38,602 nucleotides of DNA from Nitrospinaceae bacterium (GTDB taxonomy: Bacteria > Nitrospinota > Nitrospinia > Nitrospinales > VA-1): positions 1 through 38,602 of the forward strand of contig JAPYPK010000003.1 in NCBI GenBank assembly GCA_029937655.1, given 5' to 3'. Positions within the stretch are counted from its first letter, which is position 1. Every line of letters begins with the position of its first letter. The position numbers and the translations under genes are program-made. Below are positions 28,811-37,589 of this stretch, piece after piece. The notes beneath the pieces were generated by a model. That model made no database searches. It saw nothing but the letters and a program-made list of their open reading frames with translations, and was not told the DNA's origin.

Positions 28811-30382
28811 ATGAACAATAATAAAAAGTTAAGTCAGACTGCTGGCACCGTTGGGGGAATGACACTTATCTCTCGTTTATTAGGGTTTATAAGAGATCTT
28901 GTTATAGGAATGCAGTTTGGAGCAACTTTTGCGGCAGACGCTTTTTTTGTTGCATTCAGAATCCCTAATGTTCAACGGAAAATACTTGGTGAAGGAGCTA
29001 TTTCCGCAGCTTTTATTCCCGTTTTCACAGAAATTCGAAATAAAAAAGGAGAAGAAGACGCCTGGAAAATGGCCGCAAATTTATTTAATATTTTATTGAC
29101 GATATTGATAACTTCCTCTCTCGCTTTAGCGCTATTTGCACCCTACATAATAATGGTTTTTGCACCTGGATTCGCACAAACTTCTGAAAAATTCAATCTA
29201 ACTGTTCTCCTAACCCAATGGATGGCTCCTTATTTTCTTTTTATAGGGTTGGCTGTTTTCTGCATGGGTATACTTAACACATACAACAAGTTTGCTTTAC
29301 CGGCAATAACCCCAGCCATTCTGAATATATGCATGATCTTAGGCACACTGATAATTTCTCCCAAGCTTGACCAACCAATTTTAGGCCTAGCAGTTGGAGT
29401 AATAACTGGGGGGTTACTTCAATTCGTTATTCAAATACCAGCAATTATCCGGTGCGGGTTCAAGTTTATCCCATCCATTGATTGGAAAAATCATGAAACT
29501 TTAAGAATTAGCAAATTAATGATTCCCGCTATATTTGGTTTAGCAATTTACGAACTTAATATGTTAGTGGATACCATTCTTGCTTCTTTACTCCCAGAAG
29601 GATCTATTTCTTATTTATATTACGGGAATCGTCTGGTGCAATTACCTCTTGGTATATTCGGCGTTGCGCTAGGAGTTGCAATCCTACCAATGTTATCTCA
29701 TCAAGTTGCGAATAAGGACTTCTCTGAAATGGTAAAAACAATCGCTTTCGGAATTCGATTGATTTTATTTATAACAATCCCTGCAACCATTGGTCTTATC
29801 CTTCTAAGGTTTCCAATTGTGAACACCTTATGGGAGAGAGGGGAGTTTAATAGACTGACAACTGAAGGAACGGCAATAGCTCTACTCTATTATTCTGTTG
29901 GGTTATGTGCTTTTTGCGGAATCAAAGTCATTGTTCCAGCATTTTACTCATTAAATGATACAAAGACTCCAGCAAAAGTTGGAGTCTATTCTATGCTACT
30001 CAATATAATTCTTAATTTAATACTCATGGGTCCCTTAAAGCATGGTGGATTAGCTCTAGCAACCTCAATATCGGCCTTGTTTAATGTGATTCTATTAATC
30101 TACTTACTTAGAAGAAGAATTGGATTGATGGGGGGGCGAAAGATATTATCATCTACCATCAAACTATTTTTCATATCAGGAGTCATGGGTATTGCAGTAT
30201 ATTTATTTAACTTAACTTTTTTTGACCCTAATTCGAAGTTAGCATTAAAACTCTTCATTCTTTTTGCAGATGTTTCGATTGGTGTTTTAGTATACACCGC
30301 TATCTCACGCATAACACAAAATGAGGAATTGATATTTTTGATTGAGTTATCTCGCAAACGTAAAAAAAAATCTTCCGTCTAA
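28811..30382 (+). CDS. murJ: Lipid II flippase MurJ
   Basis: SRLLGFIRD, ADAFFVAFRIPN, GEGAISAAFIP, RLVQLPLG, DTKTP; many TM segments. Confidence 0.97.
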   Translation: MNNNKKLSQTAGTVGGMTLISRLLGFIRDLVIGMQFGATFAADAFFVAFRIPNVQRKILGEGAISAAFIPVFTEIRNKKGEEDAWKMAANLFNILLTILITSSLALALFAPYIIMVFAPGFAQTSEKFNLTVLLTQWMAPYFLFIGLAVFCMGILNTYNKFALPAITPAILNICMILGTLIISPKLDQPILGLAVGVITGGLLQFVIQIPAIIRCGFKFIPSIDWKNHETLRISKLMIPAIFGLAIYELNMLVDTILASLLPEGSISYLYYGNRLVQLPLGIFGVALGVAILPMLSHQVANKDFSEMVKTIAFGIRLILFITIPATIGLILLRFPIVNTLWERGEFNRLTTEGTAIALLYYSVGLCAFCGIKVIVPAFYSLNDTKTPAKVGVYSMLLNIILNLILMGPLKHGGLALATSISALFNVILLIYLLRRRIGLMGGRKILSSTIKLFFISGVMGIAVYLFNLTFFDPNSKLALKLFILFADVSIGVLVYTAISRITQNEELIFLIELSRKRKKKSSV

Positions 30383-30429
30383 AAAACCATACAAAATAAG
30401 CCTAAAAAATTTAAAAAAGGAATATTATT

Positions 30430-31041
30430 ATGCTTGCATGTCTTGACCTTGAAGGAGTTTTGCTACCAGAAATATGGATTGCTTTTGCAGAAAAAACAGG
30501 GATAGAACAACTTAAACTTACCACCAGAGAAATTCCTGATTACGACGAATTAATGCAAGGTCGGTTAAAAATCCTTCATGACAACAACCTAAAGCTACTT
30601 GACATACAAAATGTTATTAAAACATTATCACCTATGGCAGGAGCGATTGATTTTCTTGGTTGGCTCAAATCCGAATTTCAAGTAATTATATTATCTGATA
30701 CATTTTATCAGTTTGTAGGACCCCTCATGAAGAGCCTTGATTACCCAACTTTATTTTGCCACGAACTCACAGTTAACAGCAAAGGAAGCATAACAGGGTA
30801 TCGTCTAAGACAGAAGGATGGTAAAACCAAGGCGGTCTCAGCATTAAAAAAACTAAACTTCAAGGTGATTGCAGCAGGGGACTCCTACAATGACACCGGA
30901 ATGCTGCAAGAAGCAGATGCGGGGATCTTATTTTGTCCACCTGACAATGTTATTCAGGAATTTCCACAATTTCCAGTTTCGCGAAATTACAAGGAATTTA
31001 AGAATACCCTTCTAGATTTGCGAGACTCCCTAAACAAATAA
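30430..31041 (+). CDS. thrH: Phosphoserine phosphatase / homoserine phosphotransferase
   Basis: CLDLEGVLLPEIW, ILSDTF, AAGDSYNDTGML (HAD family, ThrH type). Confidence 0.93.
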   Translation: MLACLDLEGVLLPEIWIAFAEKTGIEQLKLTTREIPDYDELMQGRLKILHDNNLKLLDIQNVIKTLSPMAGAIDFLGWLKSEFQVIILSDTFYQFVGPLMKSLDYPTLFCHELTVNSKGSITGYRLRQKDGKTKAVSALKKLNFKVIAAGDSYNDTGMLQEADAGILFCPPDNVIQEFPQFPVSRNYKEFKNTLLDLRDSLNK

Positions 31042-31044
31042 TAT

Positions 31045-31578
31045 TTATTTTAAGTTTTGAACTTCTGATTTAATTAATTTGCTGGCAATCCACCCTTTTT
31101 TTTCAAACACTCGAACCTTTGTCCAGTCCCGTTTTTTTTGAACAATAATAAGATTCATTCCTTCCTCCACTACGGCAATTACTGGACTATCCATTGTAGG
31201 ATTTGAGCGAACGTTTGCCAACGATGGGATTACCGTATGTATTAACTCGAACCCATCATCTTGATCTTTTTCTCTTAAACTTAATGAGTCCGCTTCTAAA
31301 ACCGTATCTGAAGAAAAAAATAAATCATCCATAGACACATCAAACTTAACTACAACAATACATAAAAACAAAAATACTAAAACACTAATACGTTTAACGG
31401 CCTGATCTAAGGATATACCAGTCTCTTCAGGTTCTTTTTTAGGAAGGTCAGGAAGTCCACATTCAAAGCAAAAAATAGTTCCTGATAATATTTTTGCGCC
31501 ACAGTCAGAGCACAAACAGGTTAATTTTGATTCTTTTAAATGTTCTCGACTAACGCTCATCACAAAAAAAGCCCTCAA
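31045..31578 (-). CDS. Zinc ribbon - TM - SH3b domain protein
   Basis: CSDCG...FCFECG, one TM helix, then ANVRSNP...WTKVRV..KKGWIASKLI. The start may be ATG at 31560. Confidence 0.82.
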   Translation of the reverse strand: MRAFFVMSVSREHLKESKLTCLCSDCGAKILSGTIFCFECGLPDLPKKEPEETGISLDQAVKRISVLVFLFLCIVVVKFDVSMDDLFFSSDTVLEADSLSLREKDQDDGFELIHTVIPSLANVRSNPTMDSPVIAVVEEGMNLIIVQKKRDWTKVRVFEKKGWIASKLIKSEVQNLK

Positions 31579-31589
31579 GGTTTTAATTA

Positions 31590-33107
31590 TTAAAGGCTAT
31601 AAATTTGACCATACTTCTGTTTAAGATAGGAAATAAAAAAGTCTGGGTTTATTGAGTCTCCAGTAACTTTGTAAAGAAGGTTTTCAGGTGAATATAAACG
31701 GCCCGCCTTATGAATATTATCATTAAGCCATTTTTTTATACATGAGAAGTTTCCTTCCTTAATCTGTTTAGAGATATCGTTTATATCAAGTAACATTTTT
31801 GAATAAAACTGGCACGCATACATAGCCCCAAGTGTGTAGGAAGGAAAGTACCCAAATGCCCCCCCACTCCAATGCACATCCTGCAAGACTCCTTCTGAGT
31901 TGGAAGGTGGACTCACACCCAAATATTCTTCCATCTTATAGTTCCAGATATCAGGTAGGTCTTTCACACTAATACTTTCGTCAAACAACTCCTTTTCAAT
32001 TTCATAACGAAGTATTATGTGCAGGGGGTATGTTACCTCATCCGCTTCTACCCGAATAAAAGACGGGTCGCACCTATTAATAGCTGCATAAAGTGTATCT
32101 AAAGAAACACCTTGCATTGATTCGGGAAACGTCTCCACAAAAAGATTAAGATAGTGATCACAAAAATAAAAATTCTGCCCAATCATTCGCTCCCAGAACA
32201 AGGATTGAGATTCATGAATAGCCATGGTTAACGGTTCAGAAACCGGCAAATCCATAAAACCTAACATTCTACCTTGTTCATATAACCCATGCCCTGTTTC
32301 ATGTATTACCGCAAAAAGTGAATCAATAAAACTTTCTGATCGATAACGTGTTGTAATACGCACATCTGTCGGATGTCCACCACCACAAAACGGATGCACA
32401 GAAACATCCATACGACCCCTATCATAATCAAACCCTATATCCTTACTGATAATCCTCCCCAAGGCCTCTTGCTTATCAATTGGGAAATTACCTCTTAAAA
32501 AACCTATATCAGGGTTAATTGGTGATTTTCTAATTGCGTCAATGAGTGGAATTAATTCTTTTTTTAATGTGTCAAAAATTGGAGTGAGGCATTCCATCCT
32601 CATCCCTCTTTCAAAAATATCTATATTAGCATCGTAAGGATCTAGTTCCGGGAAAGCAAATTCAGCCCATTTCTTTTTCAGAATAATTAATCGCTCGAGG
32701 GTTGGAGCAAAATCTTCAAATTTATTTTCTTGCCTAGCCTTAGCCCATACTTGATGACCGCTGGAACTTAATTCCGCCAACTCCTGTATCAATTGCTTCG
32801 GAATTTTTGTTTCCAATTCATATTCACGTTTAGCTTCATAAATATTACATTGCTCGATCTCCGTGAAGTTATTTAGATCGCCCTCAAAAAGTTTGTCAAT
32901 CAAACTTCCAATCTCCACATCAACAGATTTGTCGTGTAAAACTCCCGCTAATGCTGCCATCTGCTTTGATCGATTTTCTGCTGCTGCCTTAGGCATAATG
33001 ACTTCCTGATCCCAGTGCATAGTTGCCATCACACCACCCAACCTACTACGTTCTTCAAGCTTGTTGACTAACTGCTGATACATATCTTTTAATTTTTTTG
33101 AATTCAC
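31590..33107 (-). CDS. Carboxypeptidase M32 (Taq-like)
   Basis: HPF, DVRITTRY, HETGH, HESQS, IRVEADE, GVLQDVHW, GYFPSY. Confidence 0.96.
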   Translation of the reverse strand: MNSKKLKDMYQQLVNKLEERSRLGGVMATMHWDQEVIMPKAAAENRSKQMAALAGVLHDKSVDVEIGSLIDKLFEGDLNNFTEIEQCNIYEAKREYELETKIPKQLIQELAELSSSGHQVWAKARQENKFEDFAPTLERLIILKKKWAEFAFPELDPYDANIDIFERGMRMECLTPIFDTLKKELIPLIDAIRKSPINPDIGFLRGNFPIDKQEALGRIISKDIGFDYDRGRMDVSVHPFCGGGHPTDVRITTRYRSESFIDSLFAVIHETGHGLYEQGRMLGFMDLPVSEPLTMAIHESQSLFWERMIGQNFYFCDHYLNLFVETFPESMQGVSLDTLYAAINRCDPSFIRVEADEVTYPLHIILRYEIEKELFDESISVKDLPDIWNYKMEEYLGVSPPSNSEGVLQDVHWSGGAFGYFPSYTLGAMYACQFYSKMLLDINDISKQIKEGNFSCIKKWLNDNIHKAGRLYSPENLLYKVTGDSINPDFFISYLKQKYGQIYSL

Positions 33108-33308
33108 TCAACCCCCTTTCTTTAATGTTTTGGAAATAAACATGCGGTGTTCTCGTGATTCATCACAAAGAATTATCAAAAAACGAGAGTTTTTAGATCA
33201 GAAAAAGCGTCTTGAAAGGGATATTAATGTGAGGGGGGGGATTAAAAATATTTGCACTGCACCAATGTTTTTTCACAACACACAAAAAACACTCTTAACC
33301 TTAGTTTA

Positions 33309-33569
33309 TCAGTTAATAAGATTTTTACCGTCTTCTTTTTTCAGCATTTCAAAGCTCCCATCTTTCGCTGAATCTATTTTTTTAAACTCCTCCCAATCAT
33401 CTCGAAAAAAATTAAACCCAACAAAATTAATTGCTTGCATGATTTCAAGGTCTGAGTATCTACCTTCTCCACCGTCAACTTCTCTAATGCAATCTTCGAT
33501 TGACTCACATAATTTCACAAACTTTGTATCCTCAGACTTCATTGAATCTTTCATAAAATCAAATGCCAT
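33309..33569 (-). CDS. Small acidic hypothetical protein
   Basis: 86-aa ORF co-oriented with its neighbours, with a GGGGA SD-like sequence before the ATG. Confidence 0.72.
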   Translation of the reverse strand: MAFDFMKDSMKSEDTKFVKLCESIEDCIREVDGGEGRYSDLEIMQAINFVGFNFFRDDWEEFKKIDSAKDGSFEMLKKEDGKNLIN

Positions 33570-33603
33570 GGAGTCCCCAATTCTAAAAAATTATAAAAAT
33601 GAA

Positions 33604-34269
33604 TTAAGACGTGGAGTGAAAAATTTTCACAGTTGAAACAAGTTCCGTAATAGCTGTTTTAATGGAGTCAAAGTCCTTATTTCTCATTCTCGTTACTGTA
33701 AACAACGACCCACCAACCGCCACAGCAGAGGCACCCGCCTTAAGGTATTCAACCGCATTAGATAAATCAACACCACCTACAGCCATTAATGATAACTCAT
33801 TAAATGGCCCGCGAACAGTATTAAAGTAACTCGCACCCATTTGTGAGGCGGGGAAAACCTTGACCATTGTAGCACCAGCACCCCACGCCTTTTCAATTTC
33901 CGTAGGAGTAAGCGCTCCGGGGAAATAAGCTATATCGTTTTCAACACAATGTGTCGCCACATCAATATTTAACGTTGGTGACACAATAAACTGGGCTCCC
34001 GCATTGACTGCCTGCTTGACATCGGTTAGCGTGAGAACCGTTCCTGCTCCAACGCAAAGATCTTCTGAAAACTGTTGCGACGCTGATTCAATTAGAGGCA
34101 ATGCTTCTTCTGTATTGAGAGTCAACTCAACAAATCTAAGCCCTCCGGTAACACAGGCATCCAATACGCCTTGAATTGAGTCCTTCGATACGCCACGAAT
34201 AATACCAAGAACTGGGGATTCTTTGAATCGGTTTAGATTAAAAGTCGAGTTTGTCACCAAGTTGTTCAA
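33604..34269 (-). CDS. KDPG/KHG/KDPGal aldolase family (Eda/DgoA)
   Basis: GIIRG, VELT, VGAGTV, GAQFIVSP, PGALTPTE, Schiff-base VKVFPA, AVGGV. Confidence 0.92.
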   Translation of the reverse strand: MNNLVTNSTFNLNRFKESPVLGIIRGVSKDSIQGVLDACVTGGLRFVELTLNTEEALPLIESASQQFSEDLCVGAGTVLTLTDVKQAVNAGAQFIVSPTLNIDVATHCVENDIAYFPGALTPTEIEKAWGAGATMVKVFPASQMGASYFNTVRGPFNELSLMAVGGVDLSNAVEYLKAGASAVAVGGSLFTVTRMRNKDFDSIKTAITELVSTVKIFHSTS

Positions 34270-35216
34270 GCACTATCACTCTGAGCAAGACTATCAAAAA
34301 AACCTAGATAGTCATCTTTGCTTTCTGATTTTCTCAGCTTCATTCCTGCTCTTGGATGCAAATCAAGAATTCCGGTAATCATATAAGGGATTGTATATCC
34401 CCATTCTATTTCTTCCTTTAATTTCACAAAGTGACTTTCCAGGATTTCCAGTATAGGGCGCAAATCATATTTTGGATTTTTTAGGAACCCAAGTAATAAT
34501 TCCAATGGGCAGTTGCCCGCGGCACGACCAATTCCAAAAATGGTTCCATCCAAATAGTTTATATTTTGTATAACTGCTTCTATCGTGTTTGCAAAAGCCA
34601 ATTGTTGATTATTATGCGCGTGAATACCTATTTGTTTTGTAGGCATTAGTGACTTGTATTTTTGTGCTAAATGAGAAATCTGTTCAGAGTATAGAGCACC
34701 AAAACTATCCACAAGGTATAAAGCATCAACATTGGATTCTTTTTCTACTTGCATCAAAGCCTCATCTAGTTCTACTTCTCTTGCATGAGATACCGCCATC
34801 AGGTTTATTGTCGCCTCGTAACCCTTTGTTTGTATTTGATTTGCTAAGTCAATGGCTTTGTCAATATCCTTCACATAACTTGCCACACGCATCATATCAA
34901 TCAAACTTTCACCCTTATGAGGTATTGTCGAGGGATCTACTCGGCCAATATCAACCATTACAGAGATTTTACTTTTCACTTCCTCGCCATTAATAACTTT
35001 TTCAATATCTTTTTCACTACAAAACTTCATCGATCCGTATTCACTTCTAGAAAATTGACTTTCGTCAGCCTTATAACCAAGTTCAATATAATCAACTCCA
35101 GAACTATTAACCGCTCTAAAAACAGCGGACAGAAAATCATCAGTAAACAAATGATTGTTCATAAGGCCACCGTCTCTAATCGTGCAATCTAAAACCTTGA
35201 TTTCTTTACGATACAT
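34266..35216 (-). CDS. DRE-TIM metallolyase, 4-hydroxy-2-oxovalerate aldolase-like
   Basis: LDCTIRDGG, LVDSFG, GIHAHNN, GIGRAAGNCPLE. GAGG SD upstream. Confidence 0.87.
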   Translation of the reverse strand: MYRKEIKVLDCTIRDGGLMNNHLFTDDFLSAVFRAVNSSGVDYIELGYKADESQFSRSEYGSMKFCSEKDIEKVINGEEVKSKISVMVDIGRVDPSTIPHKGESLIDMMRVASYVKDIDKAIDLANQIQTKGYEATINLMAVSHAREVELDEALMQVEKESNVDALYLVDSFGALYSEQISHLAQKYKSLMPTKQIGIHAHNNQQLAFANTIEAVIQNINYLDGTIFGIGRAAGNCPLELLLGFLKNPKYDLRPILEILESHFVKLKEEIEWGYTIPYMITGILDLHPRAGMKLRKSESKDDYLGFFDSLAQSDSA

Positions 35217-35288
35217 ACCTATCCTCTAAAAAAAACATTTTTTCAATCAAACTAATATGGCATTAAAAAACATAAGTGGTATATAAGA

Positions 35289-35317
35289 ATTATATTTTGA
35301 ATGTTCAATCAGGTCAA
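35289..35317 (-). promoter_or_regulatory. Sigma70 promoter of the aldolase operon with a dyad in the spacer
   Basis: Minus strand TTGACC, 17 bp spacer, TATAAT. The spacer holds TTGAA-N2-TTCAA (35297-35308). Confidence 0.72.
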
Positions 35318-35442
35318 TCTATTAATTAAAATCAATACTTTATACACTACTAATTCCCCAACGAGTTGATAATGGTAGAGTTCCGTCAGGTGTTATATAC
35401 TCAGTTTCTCATGATAATCTCCAAATATTAGTTTTTTAACTT

Positions 35443-35865
35443 ATGAATTTTTGGCTTGTTAAACAAGAACCATCCCAATATAGCTGGGATCAGTTTGTAA
35501 TAGACAAAGAAACCTACTGGGATGGAGTACGTAATTACCAGGCACGTAATAACCTCAAAAAAATGAAGAAAGGGGATCTTGTTTTTTTCTATCACAGCGT
35601 TGTAGGAAAGGAAATCAAGGGGATTGCGAAAGTGTCTAAAGAGAATTACCCTGATCCAACCGCAGATAGTCCGAGCTGGGTGGTGGTAAACCTTAAACCA
35701 TACAAAGCGTTATTAGTACCCGTTACCCTCAACGACATTAAAAACCAGCTAAAATTAAGTAACATGGCCTTAATCAAACAATCCCGGCTATCTGTTATGG
35801 CGCTCACGAAAAATGAATTTAAGATTATTTTGATAATGGGAAACACAAAAATCTCAAACTTATAA
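35443..35865 (+). CDS. EVE domain protein
   Basis: WLVKQEP, WDGVRNYQARN, MKKGDLVFFYHS, SRLSV. Confidence 0.95.
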   Translation: MNFWLVKQEPSQYSWDQFVIDKETYWDGVRNYQARNNLKKMKKGDLVFFYHSVVGKEIKGIAKVSKENYPDPTADSPSWVVVNLKPYKALLVPVTLNDIKNQLKLSNMALIKQSRLSVMALTKNEFKIILIMGNTKISNL

Positions 35866-35870
35866 GCCCA

Positions 35871-36557
35871 ATGACTTTAAACAAACGAAAAACTTTAGGG
35901 AATCTAAATATTTTCATACTTTTACAATCACTTCTAATCGCATCGTTTGTATCAACAGCATTTGCAAATCCACCCTGCCAAGAATTGGTCGAACCACTTT
36001 TTAAAACTACCGATAACATTGCCTTAAATGGAGGTCTATGGGGATATTTTGAGAAAGATCCATTGTTACGAAAGTATTCAACACAAGCCGTACAACTTGA
36101 CTCACGTATTAACAAAGTATTTTTTCTTCTTAATTATCTTTGTAAAACAAGAAATGGCATCCCTTTTAATGACCTTGCAACTTATATATCACGCAGTATT
36201 GCGGAGAAAGGTGAGCCTGCATTCAAAGCAGAACTTATTATTTTTGGCAAGACCTCTAAGCAAATTAAAGGCTGGTTTAATTTTTTTAAATTTGCACAGT
36301 CTCACAGATTTCGAACCCTTAACTTAACCACAATCAGAGCTACTATCAAGAGAGCAACCCCTTTGATAAATAATTACACGACTTTGGGAAAAAACATTAA
36401 TCAATCAAAACAATCAAAAGTTATATTAAAAAACGCAGAGAAACTTAGAATTGAAATTGATAGATTTCTTTCAAAAGACCCATATATCACTCAAGCTTTA
36501 GATGAAATTTCACATGTGCCATACTGGGATATCAACGAAAGCACTGGCGGGTCCTAA
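35871..36557 (+). CDS. Secreted hypothetical protein
   Basis: 228-aa ORF with a signal peptide ending AFA and two Cys in the mature part. Confidence 0.8.
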   Translation: MTLNKRKTLGNLNIFILLQSLLIASFVSTAFANPPCQELVEPLFKTTDNIALNGGLWGYFEKDPLLRKYSTQAVQLDSRINKVFFLLNYLCKTRNGIPFNDLATYISRSIAEKGEPAFKAELIIFGKTSKQIKGWFNFFKFAQSHRFRTLNLTTIRATIKRATPLINNYTTLGKNINQSKQSKVILKNAEKLRIEIDRFLSKDPYITQALDEISHVPYWDINESTGGS

Positions 36558-36614
36558 ACAAGTCGGATCAACCCAAGGTAATAAAAACACAGAAATGTTA
36601 ACTGAAAGGATCCA

Positions 36615-37421
36615 ATGAAATTTTTTTTAATCATAGGTGGAACAGGGGTTATGGGAACATCGGCTATAAGAGCAATAAGGGAACACTTTGACCAAAGCAG
36701 TGTGATTATTGCTAACTGGTACGGCAAAGAATCTCCTGGTTTTAAAATTGAAGGTGCTGACAACACTATTTTTGGTGACATAAATGACCTTAGTTGCAGA
36801 GAGCAAATTAAATCCTTTAATAATGGAAAGTATGACTACATGTTTTATGCAACAGCTCTTGGAGACGTAGGCATTCCAGTAAAGGATGCAACTAAGGAGC
36901 AAATTGATCGCTCTAACAAGCTTTCGTTTAATCCAATTCCTCAACTTGAAAATGAGCTTGATATCTCCACCATAGTTGCTTATTCGACATTCTACACAAT
37001 ACGACATCAATTAAGCACTTACGGCGCTATGGGACACTCAAAAGAAAATATAGAAAAATGGACAGTGACCTCAGATGGATCATCGAAACATGCTTGCATC
37101 CGTGCCGGCCTTTTTGAATCTCCCTCATCAAGAGGAATCAAACTACTTCTCAGAAAAACATCTAAAAACCTAGATAATTTAAAGGACCCCCTTCTCCGTT
37201 CCTATTTCGAAAATACCCCTTCTAGCGAAGGGATTAAAAAATTTGAAGAAGGGATCTTCACAGAAGAGAAAGAAGCGTATGGAGATTGTCGAACTAAGAA
37301 GGAAGACCTGATGAGAGCACACCTTGAGTTATTCAAATCAGACAACCCAACTTTTATAAATGTTTGCGGAAAAAAGATATGGCCAAGCAAAGAACCTCTC
37401 TTACTCAAGCAGTTTATCTAA
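36615..37421 (+). CDS. Divergent SDR-fold oxidoreductase, enoyl-reductase (FabI)-like
   Basis: Rossmann LIIGGTGVMG, YGAMGHSK (YxxMxxxK), CIRAGLFES. AAGGA SD upstream. Confidence 0.6.
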   Translation: MKFFLIIGGTGVMGTSAIRAIREHFDQSSVIIANWYGKESPGFKIEGADNTIFGDINDLSCREQIKSFNNGKYDYMFYATALGDVGIPVKDATKEQIDRSNKLSFNPIPQLENELDISTIVAYSTFYTIRHQLSTYGAMGHSKENIEKWTVTSDGSSKHACIRAGLFESPSSRGIKLLLRKTSKNLDNLKDPLLRSYFENTPSSEGIKKFEEGIFTEEKEAYGDCRTKKEDLMRAHLELFKSDNPTFINVCGKKIWPSKEPLLLKQFI

Positions 37422-37589
37422 ATATAATGAATCTTAAGACTATGGTCATCTAATTATTTTAAAATTCAAATCCACAAGATTTAATTGATTTAATAGCACT
37501 TTCAGATAATAATAATTTAATTCAATAGCAATTAGAGCATTGTAAAATAAATCCAAAAATTTGTTTAACTTTCAGCATGATCAGGTTCT

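Noticed and set aside
33233-33240. G8 homopolymer as a phase-variation tract
   Set aside because: Short, not within a defined promoter spacer, and G7/C7 runs also occur in ordinary coding sequence here.
33130-33636. 168-aa plus-strand ORF
   Set aside because: TTG start, antisense to the 86-aa gene and the aldolase end, and shadow-like composition.
22870-35865. Anti-phage island built from HNH, MoxR and EVE
   Set aside because: The genes are scattered among housekeeping genes, with no clustering, integrase or methylase.
37422-37589. c-di-GMP riboswitch upstream of the HD-GYP gene
   Set aside because: Very AT-rich with no GEMM-like stems or conserved motif visible.
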